A stretch of DNA of 64,000 bases from Entomortierella parvispora E1425 (lineage: Eukaryota > Fungi > Mortierellomycota), in contig BQFW01000014.1 of assembly GCA_020891255.1 (NCBI GenBank), forward strand, positions 434,001-498,000, written 5' to 3'. The translations under genes were made by a program, and so were the position numbers. Below the pieces are notes generated by a model, which ran no database searches, was not told the DNA's origin, and worked only from the letters and a program-made list of their open reading frames with translations. Below are positions 23,749 to 34,409 of the stretch, piece by piece (the first letter of the stretch is position 1; each line of letters starts with the position of its first letter).

Positions 23749-25399
23749 ATGGCTCCAACGGCCAATGCCATATCTCTCTCTCATTCCTACATAGTATATT
23801 ACCCCATTAAAATTGTAACAAAACCCTCACTCACACACTCCTTGCTCTCTGAAATAGCCCTGACTGTAGCGTTTGTTGTGGGGGAAATAGCACCAGTATT
23901 TGCGGTCGAGGGGTCTGGGTCGCAAAAAAGCATTGATCGTGCTTCAAACAAACAAAAAAAACACGGAGTTGAAGCAACGTGTTAGCATCTGTTACTCTAG
24001 GACTCCTTTTTCTGGATGAACGACAGAGGAGCCCTGCTAGGTCCCAGAGGACTCACTTGTGGTTCCCGGCAAAACGGATTAGGGGGAACAGGCATGTTCA
24101 GGGTCCACGTTTAGCCCTGGAATGAAGAGGCCCAAATGTGGCAGTGTTGGCATGCAACGTGGTATTTTACCGAGGGACATGAGCTCGAGAGTACCAGGGT
24201 ACAATAGCACGATCAAAGTCGACCCTCTTGTTCATCCTTTGGTCGTGTGATGCACTTTTTCTGGCATTTCTGTTACTCCCCTTTGATGACAACGGCGTTC
24301 TCCTTCTCCTGTCTCTCTTCCTCTCTCTCTCCCCACAGCCTCAGCTGCTCTCAAGAGAACGAGCCTCCTGGAACAACAAGTGTATATGTGTGTTTTTGTT
24401 CTTCCTACGAGAATCAATAGGCAGTCATTTTTGTAACGCGGGTGGCAACCAAAAAAGAACCTCCTGTCCCTTTTCATGCTTTCCCTTCGTGCCTCCTACA
24501 AGTTATATCCCATGGTTGCTCAGACTCTGTCCCCACAGTGGCAGGCAATCCATGACTAACCATCGACAAAACCAGGTTTGGTCAAAAGTCTCCTGGATTG
24601 GCTCGAGTGTCATCGTATCTGGAGGGAGTTGGCTTTTTTGGCTATGTCCTATTTACCTTCCTTGTTACTGAGCCGGCAAATGTAAGAAGGGTCGAGCAAT
24701 GGGCCGAAGGATGGCGCGGGCTGGCTGATCGAAAAGAGGCCAACAAGGGACGACAGCGGCGGCGAGGGAGAATGAGAACGAGGATGTGCTATTGTTGAAG
24801 GCTCACTTATATTGATGGCTCTTCGGTTCCCAGTCTGGTTGACAGCTGAACTTGATGGCGTTCTTCTCCCCGGCTCCGACTCTTTTTTTTTTCCTCTTTT
24901 TTTTTTGGAACTGTAGGTAATCCCTTGCAATGTCCATGACCACCAATGGTTGTACCATTGGAGACACCAGTCCGACAAAAAAGAAAGAACGCTCAAGGGC
25001 TGAACCTTGCAATCATTTTTGTTTTCTATTCCCGACTTCTCTTTTTCTTCCACTCTTCCATCTTTTAATATCCATTTCTCTTTCTGTCTGTTCGTCGGTA
25101 CCCTTCCACAGCACGCAGTAGTCTCCAAATCCCCCATACTGAGGTATCCATAGTGCTGGCATCCCCTTTATTTCTCATCTTTCATACCTGCAGCTGGGCA
25201 GAGCTCCGCGTGCTCAACCCCTCTTGCTTTTGGATACCAACCATCCACTTTCGAATTCTATCTCCTTCCCCTCTCCTCCACCCCTCCTCCTCTCCTGCAC
25301 CTCTCAAACTCCTGTGCCTGATTTATTACTTATTTTTACATTGGGACGACGCCAGACCCAAGACGGACGCCCCATCCAGGTTATCAAAGGAACCCAAGA

Positions 25400-25406
25400 T
25401 ATAAAA
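25400..25406 (+). promoter_or_regulatory. Candidate TATA box of the 25637 gene
   Basis: TATAAAA followed by a pyrimidine-rich leader, about 230 bp before the ATG. Confidence 0.5.
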
Positions 25407-25636
25407 GAGACCTGGGATCTTCTTCATAAGGTCTTTTTTCTTTTTTCCGTGTAACCACCAACTGCAACCACTCTTTCTTTTACTTTTCGACTTGCTCATT
25501 CACGCTTCTGCACAGAGCACAAAAGAGTTCCATCCCTTTCCCCTTCAATCCCTTTCCCGCAGCTGCCGTTACACAAAAGAAAAAAAAAAGAAACCACTTT
25601 TCCCCTCAAAAAAAAAAAAAAAACTCATTGTTCACC

Positions 25637-26560
25637 ATGCTCTTTCCATCCTACGCCACTCTCCTGGTCGCGACATTGGCCATCCTCTCTTCGACTTCCT
25701 TCACACCTGCGGCCGAAGCGCACTCTTGGGCTGACTGCATCGACTGGCGCTTCAACAAGCCTGGGTCCAATGATTGGTCCAGCAAAGGTGGTGTGTGCCG
25801 TGGCTACGCCCGTCGATTCCCTCTCGGCAAAGCTTTTGGCTCCCTCGACTCTGCAGACCCCTCCCGTCATTACCAACAGGCCGGCAACCCCAACACGGCC
25901 TTGCCTTGCTCGGACCACAAGCATGGCAAAGATGTTGGATCGGATGAGACCAAGGCCAACCCTGTCAGCAAGGCCTATGGTGGCAAGTGGGGCGCCATGA
26001 CCACGACCCAGGTCGGTAACACGTTGTGTGTTCGTTGGCCCGCCAAGAACCACGCCGAGAAGAACGAGGACAACACAAAGGTTCAGATCAACTTCTCCAA
26101 GGTCAGGGATGGAAAGGATCCTAGCCAGCAAGATTTGTTGAAGAACACGGTGGCGTTGTTGCCCTACAAGAACTGCAACCCTGGCAAGGACTCTGACAAG
26201 AGACCTTGTGGTGGTTGCTTCAAGGTCCCTGTCCGCGCTGCCGGTACTTATCTGTTGCAGTGGCGCTGGATGTTGAACCCTGGCGAGTGGTATACCAGCT
26301 GTGCTGTAAGTATTATTTTGATTTGTTTGTTGCCTCGCTCTTCACAATGGATGCCTCCCGTCTTCAATGGAAGACTGACTCTCCTTCTCCTCTTCTTCTT
26401 CTCATAGGATATTCAAATTGGAACTGGTGGCAGTGGCAACAATGGCAGCGGCCCCAAGTCTACCAAGTCCACCAAGCCCACGAAGCCTACCAAGAGGACT
26501 GTTTGCAAAAAGGTCTACAAGAAGGGCAAGGTCGTCGGCAAGAAGTGCACCAAGCAGTAA
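25637..26560 (+). CDS. Secreted His1 protein, LPMO-like candidate, paralog 1 (exons 25637-26305, 26408-26560; 273 aa)
   Basis: Signal peptide ending AEA|H (His codon at 25721); WPAKNH; YLLQWRWMLNPGEWYTSCA|DIQI; Lys-rich C-terminal tail. The gene is secure; the function is inferred from motifs. Confidence 0.85.
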
Positions 26561-27736
26561 AGCTTTTCCATCCGCCATGTTCTAGACTCCTCATCATCAG
26601 TCACTGCACGTGTACTTTACTCTCCCCACTCCCTCTTGCACACACCATTACATTGTTTCCTGTCTGAAGACATGACCTATACATCAAAAAAGAAGAGACA
26701 CGGAAACGAGCTCTTCATTAAAGAACTACTCTCAAACACAAACACTGTCGCCTAGCAAAAAAAAGAGACCGGATTGGAGTGCGCGTTTTGGTCTACGAAA
26801 TGACCTTATTGACGGGCCTTTCGTCATCGGCGCAAGACTTTAGATTAGATCCAATCAACTTGTCCCCTGCATCCAACGACAAATAGTCCAAACAGCCAAA
26901 CATCCACACAGCCTGCCCACAGCGATAGTGACCCCGATCGAAAAAAATCGGAACTCTCTCCCTCCTTCCCAGCTCGTGCAGACAATGTTCCATCCATCAT
27001 TCCATGCATGCAATTTATTATTCGGTTTTGCGTTGATTGCTTCCTTGTGCCTGAGTGCCGATTTTTTTTGATGATTGAATCCCCGGGAGAGAAGGGCCTT
27101 TTTTTTTATTATCTGGGTGAGGAATTTCGGTTACTGTTGTTTGTTGTTGTTTGCACGGGATGAATGAACCCTATTGCAGTAGCTTCAAAGAGGGGTTCCT
27201 ATTTGCACTATCGAATTCTCTCTCCTGAAGCACGTCTCAATCTGCTTGAAGGTTTGATTGCCAATATGGCCTGGCGCGCAAGAGTGCTCCTCTCGGAGGA
27301 TGCGGCGCTGGAGCTCAACCCCAGAGCCAATGTGGAGGAAAGAACAAGAGAGCGAGGCATTTTGTGTCCTCGATCAGCGCACGCACACTGCATGATGCAT
27401 GGTCGTGCACCAGTTGGGCACCGCTGATCTGTCGACCATATTTTGTCCTACATTCGATCGCAGCAAAAAGAAAAAAAGAGTGTCGTTGCGTGCCTCTTTT
27501 TGTGAGCACTTTTTCTTTGTGGCCAAGAGATGTTGATGTGGATGTTGTCGACCTCTTCAGTGCACTGTTAGTCTCTTCCCGTCAATTGGACAGAGTTTGT
27601 ACTGGGCGTTTTACCTGGGACATGTCAACAAACAGCTCAAAAAATCCCGAGGGTGTCGCAAAAGCGAAAGAGTCATTGGATGCTCCCAAGCATATGCCAT
27701 TTTGCCACTAGCTTCTTGCCTCTACCTCTGATGTTA

Positions 27737-27753
27737 CCCCCCCCCCCCCCCCC
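27737..27753. repeat. Poly(C)17 tract
   Basis: Direct reading; unusual among the otherwise A/T homopolymers. Confidence 0.9.
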
Positions 27754-30103
27754 TATCAAAAGGCCCTGCCCACATTTTTCGCCCTCCTTCCTGAACGCCG
27801 CCTCGGCGTAGATCGAGGTCCTTGGCGAACGGAAAGAATAGACACTACTCCTTAGGAATACCCACAGAGGGTTCTATTTTTTGTTTTTTTTTGTAGTAGG
27901 TAGCTATATGTAGATCCCTTGGCAAGACCAGCAAGAAAGAGCATCCTTGAAGGAATTCTATCTTTTCAAGCTATATATAATCCAACTGGGCGCCAGGTTG
28001 CCGCTTTCCATCTAGTCTTGTACAGCGCAGAGCATGCGAGTTGGCGGTTGGACACCTCTTTCCTCTGCAGCCTGAAAGGCATGGCCACATCGTCTGGATA
28101 GGTATACCTGAGCCCGTTCTATCTCTTATTTTTGCTTTTCGACGCCGTGTGTCATTGAGAGCAAGAAGAGCAAGAGCAACGTAAAGAGCGACAAGAAAAA
28201 CCACTGCACTGCTGACTTGCTCTCACTTGACAACACTCTCCGAGAACTCTACAGGGCTTTTCTCTGTCAGCGAAAAGGGGGTGGGATGGGACGTGCTTGG
28301 GGGGATGTTGGGGCCTGCAATAAAGAGCTTTTGACCCCTACCCCAGAAGATGGACAACAACATCTAGGAGTGTCAATTGTGTGTGGTACCAGCCCACTTT
28401 TCACCCGGGAAAATTGTCCACAGGGACCCAAACCAAAAGGACAGAAACAAAGCCAGACGGTAAGACAATGCAAGGTCGATGGCAAAGCCGAGCACCACAT
28501 TGCACCACACCACAGCAAATCAGCCATGCCTCCTTTCTGTAAAACGAGGCTAAAACTCACAGCAGTTTTTCCAGCGTGGCGTGCCTAATCTCCTAGCGAG
28601 GGGCTTGACAGGGGGTAGGGGGCAGGAATAGGTGAAATTGCTGAGAAACAAACACCACAGCGACGGGACTTGCCGAATCTTAACGGTCCAGGGCACTCCA
28701 AATCGAGGAGACAAGGCCATCGGGGTCAGGGGGCGAGACAGGCTTGTCAAGTGCCCATCGCGATAGACTCACGCGGAGATGAAGCAATCCCGGGGAACAA
28801 CAGGTGAGAGAGAGAGAGGAGGGGAATGCCATTTCCCTCTTCCCTTGGTAAGACAGAATTCACCAGCAAAGTCCCTTGTGCCCTTGAGTGTGTTTCAATT
28901 TTGCTGTCCGTTCACTTACCACTTCGGTCCTCGAAAGAGTTGCTCGGTTCTCCCGATATACCACCCATTCCTCATAAACTCCTCAGGATCAAGTACCCTG
29001 CCCCCGAACCCCTGCCCCCTGTCTCTGACCTCTTCCTTGTCGGCAGCAAGACCCAAACAGCCCCGACGAGACAATTGCTGTGGGAGTTGCTTCCCAGTCT
29101 CTTCTGGCCAGGGTTCACTTGTTTTTCTTGAAGAGGTATAGGAGAATACACAAAGGCAAGGTTTGTCCAAGCCAAGAGATACGGTTGCTGTTGTGCCTTT
29201 TTGCTTGTGCCCAGAGGGCCGACCAGACGTCCAGAACATATTGCCGTAATTTAACAAAATAAAGTGCGGTCAAATGAGAGGAGTTTGGACTGCACGGTGG
29301 TCTGGAGGAAGGTACAATTTATTTTTTGCTTCCTTTTTTTGTCGTCACCACAGGAGGGGAGAAAGATAAGTGGCAGGATGGCGTCGCGCGATCCTATTTT
29401 GCGTTTAGTGCGCCTCTCCTGGCTGGAGGGCTGATGGCCGCTTGTTACTGCCACCACTACAGTTGAGCGAATGTCCGAGAAGGAAAAAAAAACTCTCAAG
29501 ACTTGATAGAGGCAAAGAGGGGGGGAGTGTAACCCACATTTTATTTCATTCCAACCTTCCTTCCTTGCTTTTAGACCACTTTCTCACCAATGCCAGTGCA
29601 GGACTCTTCCCAAAGGAGGGCGCAAACACACCCTCGGCATTTCGACAATTAGGATTAATTCAAACCCTGGCAAATGAGTTCAGGTGCGCGGGGAGTCAGA
29701 CAAAGATGTAAAAAAAAAATTGGGCTGGGTTAGTGAGCGTTGTTGCTTATGTATGTCCGTCCATTCGCGCTCCTCTTTTGGATTGGTGTTTTGGCCATTG
29801 AACCCGGTTCCCCTGCCCATTCAATCTTCATTCAATCCCAGGGGTTTCTCAAAACCGAGCATTGCGTTTGGAGAAAGTTGGTAGCCCCATAAATACCAGG
29901 GTATCTCCCCTCTTCTGCTTTTTTTTCTCTTTGTCAATCATCCACCTTCCATCTCTACCACCAACCTTTCCTGCTAAACCTAGCATCTCATCCTCCTCCC
30001 CTATCCCTTCAACGTACATCGACACTCTCGCATTCCAACACAACAATCCGACCTCCTCTCCTCCCTCATCTTCTAAACACCCACACACACACACTTCTTT
30101 AAA

Positions 30104-30814
30104 ATGGTTCTTAAGTCTACCTTCACTTTTGTCGCCGTTGCCGCTTTGGCTCTTTTCACCGCCGCCCCCCAGCAGGCTGATGCTCACTCTTGGGCTGACT
30201 GCATTGACTGGCAGTTCAAGAAGGGTGGCCTCAATGTCCCTGGCAAGCAGGGCCAGGACTGGACCGATGGTGCCGGAAAGTGCAACGGTTACGCCCGTCG
30301 CTACCCTCTCGGCAAGGCCTTCGGCTCCCTCGACTCTGCTGACCCCAACCGTCACTACCAGCAGGTCCACAAGAACCCCAACTCGGCCTTGCCTTGCTCT
30401 GACAAGAGGGCTGGTAAGGAGCCTGGTTCGGATGAGACCAGGGCTAACCCTGTCAGCAAGGCCTATGGTGGCAAGTGGGGCAAGATGACCGTCACCAACG
30501 TCGGTAACACCCTCTGCGTCCGCTGGCCTGCCAAGAACCACGCTGTCAAGGATGAGGAGAACCACAAGGTCCAGATCAACTTGTCCAAGGTCCGTAATGG
30601 CAAGGACATCTCCCAGCAGGAGTTGTTGAAGAACACCATTGCTCAGTTGCCCTTCAAGAACTGCAAGCCCGGCAAGAACGAGGATCGTCGTGCCTGCGGT
30701 GGATGCTTCAAGGTTCCCGTCCGTGCCTCCGGTGTCTACTTGCTCCAGTGGCGCTGGATGTTGAACAAGGACGAGTGGTACACTTCCTGCGCTGATATCC
30801 AGATCGGCAAGTAA
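30104..30814 (+). CDS. Secreted His1 protein, LPMO-like candidate, paralog 2 (intronless, 236 aa)
   Basis: Signal peptide ending ADA|H (His codon at 30185); HSWADC, WPAKNH, YLLQWRWMLNKDEWYTSCADIQIGK*; eight Cys aligned with paralog 1; strong codon bias. Confidence 0.9.
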   Translation: MVLKSTFTFVAVAALALFTAAPQQADAHSWADCIDWQFKKGGLNVPGKQGQDWTDGAGKCNGYARRYPLGKAFGSLDSADPNRHYQQVHKNPNSALPCSDKRAGKEPGSDETRANPVSKAYGGKWGKMTVTNVGNTLCVRWPAKNHAVKDEENHKVQINLSKVRNGKDISQQELLKNTIAQLPFKNCKPGKNEDRRACGGCFKVPVRASGVYLLQWRWMLNKDEWYTSCADIQIGK

Positions 30815-33800
30815 AGGAAAAAAATAATAAGATTTGTTTTTTCCCCTCCTCCTTTCAAAGCTTTATACCCTCGATCTTTTCTCTTCATCTTTGCAACATC
30901 TCCAAAAAAAAAAAAACAGAAAAACATGTCAAAAGTTATATAAAAACACATCTACAAAGTACATATGTCCCCTCATTACTACTTTCACAATAAAATGACA
31001 TGAAAGGAAAGACCGGGTTGAGAAAGAGGGCACAGTGCGCGCCTTTATTCTTCACTTGATCCTTTTTTCTTTTCGAGATCAGCAGAAAGCACTCCTTTTC
31101 AACTTTTGTTTATAGAGTCCATTCCACAACTCCAGCGACTGCTGCAGTTGAAAATGCAACGGAAATGGCCCAAACGCCCATTCCTCTCTTTTGCATTATC
31201 GATTGCAGCAAAGATAGGTCGATAGTTCAAATTAATGTGAATTTTCGAGGGCGCAACCCTTCCCGCCCCCGCCGTTCGTTGCCCAAGGTTCTGAGTCTAA
31301 CCACAATCGTGGGCGTGAAGATGGGGGACAAGGTAGACACACACAACGTCTGTCTGTTTGGATGTGCTCTCTGTCCATGAGGGACGTTGGTTCCCCTTTT
31401 CGACATGTGCCGACCGTGTGGGTCTCGGACGATGCCTGCCAAAAATCCCCTTTCTCAGTTGGACCAAAACCGTCAAGCTGAGCCCATCTTTTTTTGCAAT
31501 CTTGGCTTTTTTTTGGTTTTCCAACATCCAGCAAAGAACTTGTTGATTCTTTTCCTTCACCAGGCAAGCTCAGAACGAATGGCTGGAAGCGGTTTTTTTT
31601 GTTGACATTCGTTCCCCAGGGAAAGAGACATCCCCACCTTTTCTGAGTGAAATTGAGGTGTCACACCGGGGGAATCTGGGAAGGGTGATGCCATCATGTA
31701 CAGCACACGCAACATACAGGTTGGCTGACTTCTCTCCAAGGTCTTTCACTCATTCTTATTCTTGCCTGGGTCACCTGAAGACAGGAAGACAGGAGGGGGG
31801 CAGAAGCGGGGTGTGGACATGAAAAAAAAACAGTCGAAAGATCTTTGAACTGTCAAAAGGATCGGCGCCTCCCACATGTCCCCCTGTCCCCTGTCCCCCT
31901 GAAAAAAACAAGAATGCATCCGTTTCAGTTTGGCTGACAAAAAAGTCCCCCATTAGCCACCCCACCCCTGATTCTCGTAACGTCTGGCTCCGACCTGACC
32001 ATCTTTTGATGGCTGTTCAAATCTTTGTGTGGATCTTGCTGCTCCGACCAAAGGATGTCTCATTCTGATCGTGCCTGGGCAGGCTGAGCTGTGCTCCAGG
32101 CCACTTTGGGTGCCAAGTCTCCTGGCCCCTGGCCCTAAAGCTGAGGACCTTTCAATGTTGCACTTTCAGAGATCATCTCTAAAACCAAAACTGACATCTC
32201 AGATCCCATGTGCGGGCCCACATAACACACGTACTTTTGCGCACCTGCAAAGGAGGCAGTGCAGACAGAAAGAGTCGGGGCGTGTTGGAGAAGTGGTCGC
32301 CCACGCACATTTCAGACAGACTGAGCAAGGCAGATAGAAAGACAGAGGCAAGGGATACAGGTGATTCGACCGCTGCGAAGATAATTCAGGAACAGAGTCT
32401 GTGTAACCCAACGTGGGGTTGAAAATAGACCCCATCCTTGCGCCACCGAGAAGCAATTTTCAAAAAACGTGAGGTGAACGACTGGTTTGGGCGCGTGGAC
32501 GTCTGAGGAAGGCAAGAAGGAGCAAAGAGCAAATTGCTATGCATCTTTTGACTTCCTCCCTCGAAGGCAGAAAAAGATACTTGACTTTTCCTTTGCCAGC
32601 CTCTCTCTGTCCTGGTTTTGTCATCTCAAAAGTGATGAACGGAAGTCGTCGATCATTGGCACTGGCGCACCCTTCATGCACGATTTTCTCCAAGTCCTCC
32701 TTTGCCAGGCCGCTTGAAAAGACCGCTCCTTACTTTCACTGCCATGAGGGCCAATCGACGGAAATCATCTTGATCATAGTCACCCACCATTCTAATGCAA
32801 CCATTGTTCCTCCCAAAAATCGACAATGTCTGATCACACGCCTCCATTTGACGACAGTCAGCAATGGATGTTTTCAGGGGTGGCAACCTTTACCCTGACG
32901 CATGCAAATGCACCAGGCTTGCTCTCAAGAATAATCACATTCACAAAAAAAGAAAAAAAAACGGGCGAAGAAAACATTAAACTTTATGAGAACCTTGGGT
33001 GTCCAGTTCGCACGGGAGCAGACTTGCCTCAATTTCCAAGTATAGACCTTCAGTCTTCCCAAGAGGATCGTGCCATTGACAGTGTGTATGTGTGTGTGTG
33101 AGAGAGAGAAAGAGCACCATGTAGAAGAACCGTTAACGGTGCCTATGGTCCAGCTTCCATGAGCTTTTTGCGTGGCATCATGATGGCCGCATTGTTTCCT
33201 GCTGTTGATGCTGCTGGATATAGACATAGTGTGGAGGGGTACAGTGCAGTGCGTTTTTTGTTTGTGTGACCAAGAAGAGAAGTCCTTTTCTATGTTTATT
33301 CTCTAACGACATTATTGTTTTGTTTCATGCCTGGAAACTAATCTTTCCAAAGAAACAACGTCTACAGAGATCAAACATGGATGTTGTAATGTTGTGAACG
33401 ACGAGTGAATGACGATGATGGCATGGACAGCAGTTGTTGGTCGTGGACCGATTGCATCGGGAAGCTGCCAGAGAGAGCACAATTGGCTGTCATTTGAATC
33501 TCGCTCGGGTCCTTGACCAGAGCGTTTCTTTCTCGACTGTCCTCCTCATCACGCCATCAAGCCACAGAGAGAGGAGCGAAAGTGCACCCACGCGCTCTGG
33601 ATGAACCAATTCCTAGCCCTTGTTCCTGCATCCACCCGTTTTGAGGCAATTTTGTACCAAGGTATACCTTTTGCTCACATCATTACTGTGCGTGTTATCT
33701 CGAGATTGACGCTAAGAACGATGATTGAAGGTGAACCAGGTAGGGTATGTATGAGGAACTGTTGATCATGGATACCCGAGGGAAGGAGATGAGGATAGAG

Positions 33801-34409
33801 CCACAAGAGCAGGGAAGCAGGCGACCCAAAACGGATACATCCTAGATTTTTTTTTTACAAATAGCTGTCCTGTTGTTCCTGTCTGTCCTCCTTGAGGATG
33901 GCCCATGGGTCCTTGCAGGGTCAACGAGGGCGGTTATAGACGAACCCTTCCGACCCTTCTTGACCTCTGTCATCTCTGTGGTTGCCTGTGATCGGTTCAT
34001 TCACCCTTCTTCCCTGCCAAGCAGGGGCAAACACTAACCGGGTCTTCTCTTCCACATTTCGCTCTCCTCCCGCCCTCGTCCTCCCTTTCGCCCGGGCTTT
34101 CAGCTCTGCTCTCATCTCATTGTTATCACGACGCACTCCATTTGTTTTGTGTTTATCGTTCTCCCCCTCTCCCTTCACGACTCTCTTTCTTCTTTCACTT
34201 CTCAATCTTCCATCCTTCAGCCCTGATCTTTCTCCACCTGCATCTCGAATCTTCCGATTCTCTCGTTCTCTGTCACCCTTGTTTTCCAGTTCACTGCCTG
34301 TATCGAGCATCTGTCCACTTTTTTTTCCCTCTCTTGTTTTCAAACCTCGTCCCATCTGCCTGTTCATATCTTACCCGGCGACGTTCAAAACAGCCTGCAC
34401 CCCCTAATA

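Noticed and set aside
22801-23784. 327-aa antisense ORF within the permease
   Set aside because: Shadow ORF of a codon-biased gene; similar shadows occur over the His1 genes and at 47921-48751.
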